Counted from the stretch's first letter, positions 19,059 through 28,655 are shown. The stretch: 64,000 nucleotides of DNA from an uncultured Subdoligranulum sp. (GCA_964612455.1 CAZTCB010000004.1:3350-67349), one strand, 5' to 3'. Notes: generated by a model not told the origin, from the letters alone. A program made the numbers and translations.

Positions 19059-20248
19059 TGTTAAAAAACAAAACCGTTGTCGTGGGAGTATGCGGAGGGA
19101 TTGCCGCGTATAAAACATGCGAATTGGTCAGCAGATTAAAAAAGAACGGCGCCGACGTTCACGTCGTCATGACCGACAATGCAACACGTTTCGTTTCGCC
19201 GTTGACTTTTGAAACGTTGTCCGCCAATCTCGTGTCGGTGGACACTTTTGCGCCCAAACGCGAGTGGGAGATAGAACATGTATCTCTTGCAAAACGCGCG
19301 GATTTGTTCGTTATCGCTCCCGCTACGGCAAACTTTATAGGCAAATACGCCAACGGTATCGCCGACGACATGTTGACTACTACCGTTATGGCAACGCACG
19401 CTCCCGTGTTGCTTGCCCCCGCAATGAACACGGGGATGCTCGAAAGTGACTCCTGCAAACAAAACTTAAAAACTCTAAGCGAAAGGGGCGTGCTGACGAT
19501 AGACGGCGACAGCGGTCTTTTGGCTTGCGGCGACGTAGGTAAAGGGCGCATGGCTGAGCCGTGCGATATTTTTGAACGGGTAAAAGACATTTTGCTCCCC
19601 GCTCGGGATTTGTCGGGTAAAAAAATCGTCGTTACTGCCGGTGCTACGATAGAAAAAATAGATCCGGCTCGATTTATAACCAATTTCAGCAGCGGCAAAA
19701 TGGGATGCGCCATTGCGTTAAACGCGCGTGACCGCGGTGCGGAAGTAGTGCTAATACTCGGCAGGCATACGTCTGTCGTGCCGGACGGGGTTAAAGTAGT
19801 CAACGTTGACACGACCGATAAAATGTACGACGCCGTCATGGCTGAGTTGCCCACGGCTTTTGCCGTGATAAAGGCAGGTGCGCCGTGCGATTACTCTCCA
19901 GAACGGTTTTCGGACGTCAAATTAAAGTCCGATACTTTGACCGTCACGTTTAAAAAGAACCCCGACATAGCGGCAGAGGTAGGCAAGAAAAAAGGCGATA
20001 CGGTTCTCGTTGCGTTTTCAGCCGAAACCAACGACCTCGTAAAAAACGCAACCTCTAAACTTTTGGCGAAAAACGCCGATTTTATAGTCGCCAACGACGT
20101 GACCAGAGAAGGTGCGGGTTTTGACGTGGACACCAATATCGTCACGATAATAGATCGTAAATCCGTTACGGAGTATCCGAGACAGACTAAAGCTCGCGTT
20201 GCCGAAATTATCATTGACAAAATATTGTCCCTGCGTTCCGAAAAATGA
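19058..20248 (+). CDS. coaBC: bifunctional phosphopantothenoylcysteine decarboxylase / phosphopantothenate-cysteine ligase
   Basis: 396 aa. N-terminal flavoprotein GVCGGIAAYK, PAMN. C-terminal TAGATIEKIDPARFITNFSSGKMG. Confidence 0.92.
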   Translation: MLKNKTVVVGVCGGIAAYKTCELVSRLKKNGADVHVVMTDNATRFVSPLTFETLSANLVSVDTFAPKREWEIEHVSLAKRADLFVIAPATANFIGKYANGIADDMLTTTVMATHAPVLLAPAMNTGMLESDSCKQNLKTLSERGVLTIDGDSGLLACGDVGKGRMAEPCDIFERVKDILLPARDLSGKKIVVTAGATIEKIDPARFITNFSSGKMGCAIALNARDRGAEVVLILGRHTSVVPDGVKVVNVDTTDKMYDAVMAELPTAFAVIKAGAPCDYSPERFSDVKLKSDTLTVTFKKNPDIAAEVGKKKGDTVLVAFSAETNDLVKNATSKLLAKNADFIVANDVTREGAGFDVDTNIVTIIDRKSVTEYPRQTKARVAEIIIDKILSLRSEK

Positions 20249-22440
20249 TATATCAGGTCATCGTAGACATTTCAAATAGTCAGGTTGACAGGGTTTTTGA
20301 CTACACGGGTGAAGGGATAGCCGTCGGTAGCCGCGTTTGCGTGCCGTTTGGCAACCGTCTCGTAGAGGGGTTTGTCGTCGGGCAAAAAGAAAATACCGAC
20401 GTCCCGGTAGGTAAACTCAAGCGCATAGAAAAACCGCTCGATGACTTTGTGGCTTTGTCGGGACAGGTTCTTGACCTTTGTTCGTTTGTATGTAAAAAAT
20501 ATCATTTGAGGCTCGTAGATGCTTTGCGGCTTGCCATACCGAGCGAAATGCGAGCGAATCGTATAACTCCGCTCGTCAAGCGTCGTGCACGACTTGCGGA
20601 CTCGCTGACGACCGAGGAAGTTTTAAATAAAATCAGACCAAACGCTGTAATGCAGAGGGCGTTGGTCGAGTATCTGTCGAAAGAGGGCGATACGTCGACC
20701 GAAATCCTCTCTAAACGTTTCGGATACGCCGCGTTAAAAGGATTGCAGACTAAAGGCGTGGTTGAAATATACGACGTTACCGTCATGCGAAAACCTTACA
20801 AGGCGGTTTCGGACGGCGGTGAAACCCATGTTCTTACCGACGAACAGTCGGTCGCGGTCAATACGATACTTGCACCCGTCCCGTCTCGTTACTTATTATG
20901 GGGGGTGACGGGTAGCGGTAAAACCGAAGTATACATGTCGGTTATAAAAAAAGTAGTCGAGAGCGGAAAAACGGCGATAATGCTCGTTCCCGAGATATCT
21001 CTCACGCCAAACGTTCTCAGACTATTCAGAGGACGGTTCGGTAACTCGGTTGCCATATTACATAGCGGACTTTCCGCGGGGGAGCGATATGACGAATGGT
21101 TGCGCCTTAAAAGGGGCGAAGCGAAAATCGCAGTAGGCGCCCGAAGCGCGGTGTTTGCGCCGTTGGACGATATCGGCGTAATCATTATAGACGAGGAGCA
21201 CGACTCGAGTTACCAAAGCGACAACAACCCGCGTTACGATACGCGTATCGTTGCCGAGTATCGTTGTCGGCAAAACGCTTGCAGCCTCGTGCTCGGTAGC
21301 GCAACGCCGTCATTGGAGAGTTTTTACAAATCCCAAAATAAAGAATATTCGCTGTTGACTCTGTCTCAGCGTATAAATAAGATGCCTTTGCCCGATGTTT
21401 CGATAGTCGATATGACGGAAGAAACGCGTGCGGGCAACAACGATATTTTTAGCCGCGAACTCGTAGACGAGCTGACGCGGGTTATTGCCGAAGGCAATCA
21501 GGCAATATTGTTTTTAAACAGACGCGGTTATAGCAGTTTCGTCATGTGCAACAAATGCGGATATGTTGCCAAGTGTCCCGATTGCGACGTGAGTTTGACC
21601 TATCACAAAGAGGACAACCTTTTAAAATGTCATTATTGCGGGCGACAATTTCGCGTTTTTGACAATTGCCCCAAATGCAAGAGTCCGTATATAAGGCAGG
21701 GCAGAGTGGGAGATCAGCAGGTTGAGGCTCGGTTAAAACAGCTCTTTCCCGACGTCAGGGTGTTGCGTATGGACGCGGACACTACTCGTACCAAAGACGG
21801 ACTTTTAAAGATACTCGACGCGTTCGGCAAGAGGGAGGCGCAGATACTCGTCGGCACCCAAATGCTCGCAAAAGGACACGATTTTCCTTACGTCACGCTG
21901 GTCGGCATATTAAACGGCGACCAAAGTTTGCACTTTGACAACTATCTTGCCGCCGAAAAAACTTTTCAGTTACTTACTCAGGTGGCAGGACGCAGCGGCA
22001 GAGACAAGAGGCAGGGCAAAGTGATACTCCAAACCTTTACTCCGAAACATTATTGTCTGCAGTACGCTTCACGTCAGGATTATCTCGGCTTTTACAAGAG
22101 GGAAATCAATTTGAGGGAAGCGGCGGAGTTTCCGCCGTTTTCGGTGGTTGCCCGCATTATGTATACGGGAGAAGACAGTCGGAAGTGCATAGACTTGCTC
22201 AACCGACATTATTCCGAAGTAGAAAAATTGCAGGTCGCTTTTCCGAATAGTTTTTTGTTTTTACAAAAGATGCGTTGTCCGTTGCGTAGATTGCAGGGCA
22301 AACACAGATTTGAAATATTGATGCGTCTTTCAAACGCTTGCGCCGAAAGCGTTTTGGAAAAAATATACGATTTGGTAGATAAATACACGGAGGATAAGGT
22401 TTTGGTATTTACGGAAGTCAATCCCCAAAACCTGACTTGA
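20245..22440 (+). CDS. priA: primosomal replication-restart helicase PriA
   Basis: 731 aa. Walker A GVTGSGKTEVY, DEEHD, and a Cys-rich Zn insertion CNKCG..CPDC..CHYCG..CPKC. Confidence 0.92.
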   Translation: MIYQVIVDISNSQVDRVFDYTGEGIAVGSRVCVPFGNRLVEGFVVGQKENTDVPVGKLKRIEKPLDDFVALSGQVLDLCSFVCKKYHLRLVDALRLAIPSEMRANRITPLVKRRARLADSLTTEEVLNKIRPNAVMQRALVEYLSKEGDTSTEILSKRFGYAALKGLQTKGVVEIYDVTVMRKPYKAVSDGGETHVLTDEQSVAVNTILAPVPSRYLLWGVTGSGKTEVYMSVIKKVVESGKTAIMLVPEISLTPNVLRLFRGRFGNSVAILHSGLSAGERYDEWLRLKRGEAKIAVGARSAVFAPLDDIGVIIIDEEHDSSYQSDNNPRYDTRIVAEYRCRQNACSLVLGSATPSLESFYKSQNKEYSLLTLSQRINKMPLPDVSIVDMTEETRAGNNDIFSRELVDELTRVIAEGNQAILFLNRRGYSSFVMCNKCGYVAKCPDCDVSLTYHKEDNLLKCHYCGRQFRVFDNCPKCKSPYIRQGRVGDQQVEARLKQLFPDVRVLRMDADTTRTKDGLLKILDAFGKREAQILVGTQMLAKGHDFPYVTLVGILNGDQSLHFDNYLAAEKTFQLLTQVAGRSGRDKRQGKVILQTFTPKHYCLQYASRQDYLGFYKREINLREAAEFPPFSVVARIMYTGEDSRKCIDLLNRHYSEVEKLQVAFPNSFLFLQKMRCPLRRLQGKHRFEILMRLSNACAESVLEKIYDLVDKYTEDKVLVFTEVNPQNLT

Positions 22441-22442
22441 TT

Positions 22443-23039
22443 ATGGCAGTAAGAAAAATAATTAAACTCGGAGAGGAGGGCAGCGAAGCTCTCCGCAAAG
22501 TATGCAAACCCGTAGACAAGTTTGACGACAGATTGGCTACGCTCATAGACGACATGAAAGAAACGTTGGCGCAGGCAGACGGATTAGGGCTTGCGGCGCC
22601 TCAGGTAGGAGTGTTAAAACGCGTAGTTATCGTCAAGTACGAAGAATACGAGTACGAAGTGGTAAATCCGATTATTTTGGAGACGAGCGGCGACGATATA
22701 GACGACGAAGGCTGTTTGTCGGTAAAAAATCAACGCGGTCTGGTCGAAAGACCAAGTCACGTCAAGGTGGAGTTTTTAAATAGACGCGGCGAAAAGCAAA
22801 TTGTCGAAGCCGACGGCTACTTTGCCCGCGTTTTCTTTCACGAAATCGACCATCTTGACGGAGTCGTATTTACCGATATAGCGATAAGAGACCGCCACGG
22901 TAAAATAATGACTTACGACGATATACAGACTATCGAAAACAACATCAAGGCCGAAGAAGCCAAAGAAAACCAAACGGCAAAAAGACAGAAAAATTCTGTC
23001 GGCAAGAAAAAAACTAAGAGCAAAAATCAAACAAAGTAA
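22443..23039 (+). CDS. def: peptide deformylase with Lys-rich C-terminal tail
   Basis: Motifs GLAAPQVG, EGCLS, HEIDHLDG. ATG 22443 is preferred over TTG 22437. About 50 extra C-terminal residues are rich in K/E/N. Confidence 0.9.
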   Translation: MAVRKIIKLGEEGSEALRKVCKPVDKFDDRLATLIDDMKETLAQADGLGLAAPQVGVLKRVVIVKYEEYEYEVVNPIILETSGDDIDDEGCLSVKNQRGLVERPSHVKVEFLNRRGEKQIVEADGYFARVFFHEIDHLDGVVFTDIAIRDRHGKIMTYDDIQTIENNIKAEEAKENQTAKRQKNSVGKKKTKSKNQTK

Positions 23040-23048
23040 AATTAAAAC

Positions 23049-23990
23049 ATGAAAATCGTTTTTTTAGGTTCACCTCTGTTTTCAGTCAACGTATTGAAAC
23101 AAATACTCGCCGACCGAAACCACGTCGTTTCGGCAATCGTTTGTCAACCCGATAAAAAAGGCAATCGAAACAAAATCGTTTCATGCGACATGAAAAAATT
23201 TGCCCTTGCCAACGGTATTTGCGTCTTTGACTGGGATAACGTCAACGAGCATGTCGACGAATTGAAAAAAATCGGCGCAGACGCGCTTGTTACCGCCGCT
23301 TACGGGCAAATGCTGTCGCAGCAAGTGTTGGACGTCGCCAAGTACGGCGTAATCAACGTGCATGGCAGTTTGCTGCCAAAACTCAGGGGTGCGTCGCCGG
23401 TTCAGCGCGCGATAATGCAGGAGTGGAGCGAAACGGGCGTTACCATAGTCAAGAGCGTTTTAAAAATGGATGCCGGTCCGTATTACGCTCAGGAAAAAAT
23501 CGAAATTTTGCCAACCGATACCGCCGACGTCGTTTTTGAAAAAATGGCGATTGTCGGAGGTCGGCTGTTGGCGAAAACTTTGACCGACTTGCAAGACGGA
23601 AATGCGGTTTTGACGGAGCAGGATGCCGCTCAGGTCACTTTTTGCAAAAAAATCAAGGCGGAAGAAGAAAAAATCGATTGGTCTCGTCCTGCGTCGGCGG
23701 TGGGCGCCATCATTCGCGGACTATCGAGCAATCCTGCGGCATATACGTATTTCGGTGGCAAACGCTTTAAGATATTTAACTGTTTCGAGGCGGACGGGGT
23801 AGCGTTTACCAAGAGTGCGGGTGAAATCGTTTACGAGAAAAAACGCTTGCTCGTTGCTTGCGGCGACGGTAATTTTTTATCTTTGACGGACGTACAGGCG
23901 GCTGACGGCAAAAGAATGAAAACGACGGATTTTTTAAACGGACTTAAAGTGCGTCCGAGTGCTTTCGACGACGGAGACGTAGAGCCATGA
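23049..23990 (+). CDS. fmt: methionyl-tRNA formyltransferase
   Basis: 313 aa. HGSLLPKLRGASPVQ motif. def-fmt pairing. Confidence 0.92.
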   Translation: MKIVFLGSPLFSVNVLKQILADRNHVVSAIVCQPDKKGNRNKIVSCDMKKFALANGICVFDWDNVNEHVDELKKIGADALVTAAYGQMLSQQVLDVAKYGVINVHGSLLPKLRGASPVQRAIMQEWSETGVTIVKSVLKMDAGPYYAQEKIEILPTDTADVVFEKMAIVGGRLLAKTLTDLQDGNAVLTEQDAAQVTFCKKIKAEEEKIDWSRPASAVGAIIRGLSSNPAAYTYFGGKRFKIFNCFEADGVAFTKSAGEIVYEKKRLLVACGDGNFLSLTDVQAADGKRMKTTDFLNGLKVRPSAFDDGDVEP

Positions 23991-25282
23991 GTACGCGTTC
24001 CGCAATCATGACGGCATGCGATTGTCTCGACTCGATTTTTAAAAACGGCGCGTTTTCAAACGTTTCGCTCAACGCTTTTTTAAAAGAAACTCTTGCCGAC
24101 GACAAACCGTTGGTCACAAAAATCGTATACGGAGTTCTTGACAACTACGTACTCGTCGATTACTATATAAATCAATTTGCGCCAAAAGTACCTTCCGCCG
24201 TGTCTACGATATTAAGGGCGGGTACTTTTTGTATAACGGAGCTAAATCTTCCGTCCGCGATAGCCGTAAACGACTGCGTGGAGATTCTTAAAAAACGAGG
24301 GAAAAAGGGCTTGTGCGGTTTCGTTAACGCCGTTTTACGCAACGTTTCAAAGGCTCATGCTACCGATTCGTTCGTCATGCCTCGCGACGAGTTGCAAGCA
24401 CTGAGCGTAAAAAACTCGATACCCGTATGGGCTCTAAAGAAATTGAGCGATGCTTACGGCATTGACGCTGCGGCGTCTTTTGCCGGGTACGTTAACCGAC
24501 CGAGTACAAATCTACGAGTAAATACGGCTGTAAATTCTATTGAAAAAATAAAAACCGTACTTTTGAATGAGGGATTGAAGTACGAGGATACGGTTTTGCC
24601 CGACGCATTGCGCGTTTACGGCGACGTTACCTCGGTGACGGGAAAAAACGCTTGCGTTGCCATGAGTCTGGCAGCTATGTTGGCGGCGCGTGCCGTGGGA
24701 GCAAGTGACGGCGAGAAGGTTCTCGATTGTTGCGCCGCGCCGGGCGGAAAAAGCGTATATATGGCAAATCTCAGCCCGAACGCAGATATAACGGCATGCG
24801 ATATCTATCCCCACAAATTAAAACTTATCGAGGGTTACGCGCGAAAAATGCATGCCGACAACGTAAAGGTGGCGCTCAACGACGCGACCGTCTTCAATCC
24901 GTCCTTTAAAGAAAAGTTTGACAGAGTTTTGCTGGACGCTCCGTGCAGCGGGTACGGGATAGTGTTTTCACGTCCCGACGTAAAGGTTTTTCGTAAAGAA
25001 TCCGACGTCGCTCAACTCGTAGCCGTTCAGCGTAACATGTTGAGTGTGGCTAAAAATTACGTAAAAAAAGGCGGTACGCTCGTGTACTCTACCTGTACCG
25101 TATTTTACGAGGAAAACGCCGAAAACGTAGAGTGGTTTTTAGCAAACAATCCTAATTTCAGCCTCAGCGACACCGAGTTGCCCGTACGGTCGGCGTTTGG
25201 CGAACAACTCGGTTTACAGTTGATGCCGTACGTTCATGATACGGACGGGTTTTTTATAGCAAAGTTTAAAAAAGAAATATGA
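23987..25282 (+). CDS. rsmB: 16S rRNA (cytosine967-C5)-methyltransferase RsmB
   Basis: 431 aa. NusB-like N-terminus. SAM site DCCAAPGGKS. Catalytic DAPCSG and YSTCT. Confidence 0.9.
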   Translation: MSTRSAIMTACDCLDSIFKNGAFSNVSLNAFLKETLADDKPLVTKIVYGVLDNYVLVDYYINQFAPKVPSAVSTILRAGTFCITELNLPSAIAVNDCVEILKKRGKKGLCGFVNAVLRNVSKAHATDSFVMPRDELQALSVKNSIPVWALKKLSDAYGIDAAASFAGYVNRPSTNLRVNTAVNSIEKIKTVLLNEGLKYEDTVLPDALRVYGDVTSVTGKNACVAMSLAAMLAARAVGASDGEKVLDCCAAPGGKSVYMANLSPNADITACDIYPHKLKLIEGYARKMHADNVKVALNDATVFNPSFKEKFDRVLLDAPCSGYGIVFSRPDVKVFRKESDVAQLVAVQRNMLSVAKNYVKKGGTLVYSTCTVFYEENAENVEWFLANNPNFSLSDTELPVRSAFGEQLGLQLMPYVHDTDGFFIAKFKKEI

Positions 25283-26313
25283 TTTTATTGGACTATTCAC
25301 AAAGCGAGCTTATAGATTTTTTTCATGAGCAAGCACCGTACAAGGTCAAGCAGCTTTACAAGTGGTTAAACAAAGGCGTTGATTTTGACGGTATGACGGA
25401 CGTTGCCAAATCATGGCGCGAAAAACTCGCTAAAGAGCACGTTGCTTGTCCCGTTGAGATTTTTCGCACTTTCGAGAGCAAGGACGGAACGAAAAAGTTT
25501 TTATATCGCCTTACCGATGGCAACCTCGTCGAAGGCGTTCTCATGAGTTATCACCACGGCAATACACTTTGCGTGTCTACGCAGGTCGGTTGTCGCATGG
25601 GGTGCGGTTTTTGCGCGAGTACGATAGACGGGCTGGTTCGCAATCTTACCGCGGGAGAAATTCTCGGACAGGTAGTTGCCGTCAACGCATTGCTCGGAGG
25701 AGACGCTTTAAATCGTCAGGTTACCAATATAGTTTTAATGGGTAGCGGAGAACCGTTGGATAACTTTGACAACACGCTCAGGTTTTTGGACCTCGTTTCA
25801 AGCAAAGAGGGGTTAAACGTTTCTCAACGCAATATCAGTTTATCGACCTGTGGTCTCGCGCCAAAAATGATAGAACTTGCAGACAGGGGCTATTCCGTCA
25901 ATCTCACGCTGTCCTTGCACTCTCCGCGTCAGGAAAAAAGGCGAAAACTTATGCCCGTATCCAACGCGTATCCGTTAACGGAGGCGATAGAGGCTTGCAA
26001 GTATTACTTTTTAAAGACGGGGCGCAGAGTGATTTTAGAATACGTATTGGTCAAGGGCGAAAACGATTCGGAAGAAGACGCTCGTCTTTTGTCCGTGCTT
26101 ACGAGAGGATTTTCGGCGCATGTCAATCTGATACGTTTAAATCCCGTCAAAGAGCGAAAACTTTTGCCGTCGGACGAAGACGCCGTCAAAGAGTTTTTGG
26201 CAAAACTCACGCGTCTCGGTGTTTCAGCCACTATACGCAGACAGATGGGAGTGGATATCGACGGAGCATGCGGACAGTTGCGTCGTCGCGTTTTAAAAGA
26301 TGGAAAAGCTTAA
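25279..26313 (+). CDS. rlmN: 23S rRNA/tRNA (adenine2503-C2)-methyltransferase RlmN
   Basis: 344 aa. Radical-SAM CRMGCGFC. GSGEPL and the C-terminal catalytic Cys context DIDGACGQL. Confidence 0.9.
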   Translation: MILLDYSQSELIDFFHEQAPYKVKQLYKWLNKGVDFDGMTDVAKSWREKLAKEHVACPVEIFRTFESKDGTKKFLYRLTDGNLVEGVLMSYHHGNTLCVSTQVGCRMGCGFCASTIDGLVRNLTAGEILGQVVAVNALLGGDALNRQVTNIVLMGSGEPLDNFDNTLRFLDLVSSKEGLNVSQRNISLSTCGLAPKMIELADRGYSVNLTLSLHSPRQEKRRKLMPVSNAYPLTEAIEACKYYFLKTGRRVILEYVLVKGENDSEEDARLLSVLTRGFSAHVNLIRLNPVKERKLLPSDEDAVKEFLAKLTRLGVSATIRRQMGVDIDGACGQLRRRVLKDGKA

Positions 26314-27181
26314 AGGCAAGGTGGTCAAAGGCGTAGGCGGCAGATATACTGTTTTTGCCGAAGAAAAAAAGTATACGTGTTTTGCTCAAAAAAAAATCAA
26401 GTATTTTTATGACGAAGTAACCGTCGGCGACGACGTGTTGTTTTTAAGGCAAGGTAAAGATTTTGTTTTGACCGATATTTTACCGCGAAAAAACAAACTG
26501 TCTCGTCCTGCGGTCGCCAACGTTGACGGCGTTTTTGTCGTAGTCGCGCCGATACCTCGTCCCGATTTCGGATTGATAGATAAAATAACTGTAAATTGCA
26601 ACAAACAGTCCGTACCCGTGACGGTCGTGATAAACAAATCGGATATTGCCGACGACTTTTTCGTCAAAGACATGTCTTGCCAGTATTCTGCCGAAACGGA
26701 GTCGATTATAGTCGTCAGTAGTCGCACGGGTGAAGGTATTTGCCGACTTAAATCCGCCATAGCGGGAAAAACGGTTTGTATGGCGGGGCAATCCGCTGTC
26801 GGTAAAACAAGCATACTAAACGCGCTCGTGCCCGAGCTTAACCTTCCTATCGGTGAGTTGTCAGCCAAAACCGACAGAGGAAGGCATACCACCAGACACA
26901 ACCAGATTTATGCGTTGGACAACGGCGGTTACCTTGCAGATACTGCCGGTTTCAGTCTTTTGGACGTTTCGGATATAAAGTCGTCTGAGCTCGGTTTGTA
27001 TTTTTCGGAGATTTTTGAAACTTCGACGTCGTGTCGTTTCGACATGTGTACGCATACGGCGGAACCGAACTGTGCGGTCAAAGAGAGAGCGCTTTTAGAT
27101 GACGTATTTAATAAAAAATATCAACGGTACCTTGCTTTGTTTAAAGAGATTAAAGAAAAAGAGGAAAACCGATTTAACTAA
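26300..27181 (+). CDS. rsgA: ribosome small-subunit-dependent GTPase A
   Basis: 293 aa. Circularly permuted GTPase (NKSD, GQSAVGKTS, DTAGF). C-terminal Zn knuckle CRFDMCTHTAEPNC. Confidence 0.9.
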   Translation: MEKLKGKVVKGVGGRYTVFAEEKKYTCFAQKKIKYFYDEVTVGDDVLFLRQGKDFVLTDILPRKNKLSRPAVANVDGVFVVVAPIPRPDFGLIDKITVNCNKQSVPVTVVINKSDIADDFFVKDMSCQYSAETESIIVVSSRTGEGICRLKSAIAGKTVCMAGQSAVGKTSILNALVPELNLPIGELSAKTDRGRHTTRHNQIYALDNGGYLADTAGFSLLDVSDIKSSELGLYFSEIFETSTSCRFDMCTHTAEPNCAVKERALLDDVFNKKYQRYLALFKEIKEKEENRFN

Positions 27182-27192
27182 AGGAGAATATT

Positions 27193-27837
27193 ATGAAAAA
27201 AACCATTGTTGCCCCCAGTATTTTATCTGCCGATTTCGCCGCCATGGGAGAAGCGGTAAAACAACTCGGCGTCGACGGAGCGGACTGGATACATGTCGAC
27301 GTAATGGACGGTGTTTTCGTGCCAAATATCAGTTTTGGTCAAAAAATGGTAAAGGATATCAGACCTTTGACGGCATTGCCCTTGGACGTGCACTTGATGA
27401 TAGTCAATCCCGAAAGATATATCGAACAATTTGCCGACAGGGGGGCTGATTTTATCACTATTCATATCGAATCCACCGACAACGTCCCGCAGGCTCTCTC
27501 GGCAATAAAAAAATGCGGTAAAAAAGTCGGTCTGTCTATCAAGCCGGCTACACCGGTGAGCGCGCTTGCTCCGTATATCGACGATATCGACCTCATACTC
27601 GTGATGTCGGTTGAGCCGGGGTTTGGCGGACAAAAGTTTAATCCCGTTGCGATAGAAAAAATAAAAGAGTGCAAACAACTCGTAGGCAACAGGGATATAC
27701 TTATCGAGGTGGACGGCGGTATAACGGAAGAAAACGTTGCCGACGTTCGTGCCGCAGGCGCAGATGCGGTCGTTGCGGGTAGTACGGTTTTTTCTGCTCG
27801 GGATAAAGCCGCGACGATTAAACGTTTGCAAGGCTGA
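27193..27837 (+). CDS. rpe: ribulose-phosphate 3-epimerase
   Basis: 214 aa. PSILSADF, HVDVMDG, MSVEPGFGGQKF, DGG. Confidence 0.93.
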   Translation: MKKTIVAPSILSADFAAMGEAVKQLGVDGADWIHVDVMDGVFVPNISFGQKMVKDIRPLTALPLDVHLMIVNPERYIEQFADRGADFITIHIESTDNVPQALSAIKKCGKKVGLSIKPATPVSALAPYIDDIDLILVMSVEPGFGGQKFNPVAIEKIKECKQLVGNRDILIEVDGGITEENVADVRAAGADAVVAGSTVFSARDKAATIKRLQG

Positions 27838-27889
27838 CGAGTAATTAACTTAATTTTTCGCCTATGCATAGTATAAAGCGGAGGTGTGT

Positions 27890-27970
27890 ATGAAAATAGT
27901 CTGTTACAAGGTTCCGCGTGCGGTGTCCGTATTTTTTAAATTGTTTTTTTTCAAAAAGGTCATCAGATAA
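27890..27970 (+). CDS. candidate 26-aa small protein (MKIVCYKVPRAVSVFFKLFFFKKVIR)
   Basis: ATG preceded by GGAGG with a 5-nt spacer. Lies between the rpe stop and the terminator at 27986. Coding status unproven. Confidence 0.3.
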   Translation: MKIVCYKVPRAVSVFFKLFFFKKVIR

Positions 27971-27985
27971 AGCCAAATCATGGTC

Positions 27986-28013
27986 AAAATCGCCCGAAAG
28001 GGCGATTTTTTTA
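27986..28013 (+). terminator. rho-independent terminator ending the yicC-to-rpe transcription unit
   Basis: Stem ATCGCCC, loop GAAA, stem GGGCGAT, followed by T7. Confidence 0.8.
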
Positions 28014-28069
28014 TTTTTAAAACAGTCGTCCCAAAAAAATAAAAAGTAAAACATATTTCAAAAATAGGC

Positions 28070-28098
28070 TTGCTTAATGCCGAAGAAAAAGTTATAAT
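28070..28098 (+). promoter_or_regulatory. sigma-70-type promoter of nitroreductase/malic-enzyme genes
   Basis: TTGCTT-17 nt-TATAAT, 25 nt upstream of the ATG at 28123, which has a TAGGAGG RBS. Confidence 0.55.
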
Positions 28099-28122
28099 AA
28101 AAAAGAAATATAGGAGGTCGGT

Positions 28123-28638
28123 ATGAACGAAACTATTTTAACCTTAACGACTCGCAAGAGTAGCAGGCTTTATAAAAACGAGCATATCACGAAAGAAGAA
28201 ATGCAGCAAATCGTCGTCGCAGGGTTATCTGCGCCGAGCGGACGTAATCTGCAGACGCCGCGTCTGGTGGTCGTTACCGATGAAAAAACGGTGGGAGAAC
28301 TGTCCCGACTCAATGCTGCCGTTGCAGGATTTGACAGCGATCCGTTTTACGGAGCACGGGACGTAATAGTCGTGCTTGCCAAAAAAGAATGTACGTATAT
28401 TTATGACGGTAGTCTTGCTATGGGCAACTTGCTCAACGCCGCATGGTCGTTGGGCGTTGATTGTCGTTGGATTCATCGCGCTAAAGAGGTCTTTGAGTCG
28501 GACGAGGGCAAGCGACTGCTTAACGATTGGGGAGTTAAAGACGACGTAGAGGGGATTGGTTTTTGTATTCTCGGTCATGCCGCCGACGATAAGGAAAAGA
28601 CGCAAATTCAACCCGGTCGTGTTTTTTACGTCGATTAA
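28123..28638 (+). CDS. nitroreductase family protein
   Basis: 171 aa. N-terminal RKSSRLY (RRS.R.F-type FMN motif). SAPSGRNLQ. Small NfnB/FRase-fold size. Confidence 0.8.
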   Translation: MNETILTLTTRKSSRLYKNEHITKEEMQQIVVAGLSAPSGRNLQTPRLVVVTDEKTVGELSRLNAAVAGFDSDPFYGARDVIVVLAKKECTYIYDGSLAMGNLLNAAWSLGVDCRWIHRAKEVFESDEGKRLLNDWGVKDDVEGIGFCILGHAADDKEKTQIQPGRVFYVD

Positions 28639-28655
28639 GACAAAGGAGCGGATAC

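Noticed and set aside
27845-28054. 69-aa minus-strand ORF in the rpe/nitroreductase intergenic region.
   Set aside because: It has no RBS before its ATG, it runs straight through the strong terminator hairpin at 27986-28013, and its sequence has no recognisable features. The plus-strand 26-codon ORF with GGAGG is the better (still unproven) candidate in this gap.
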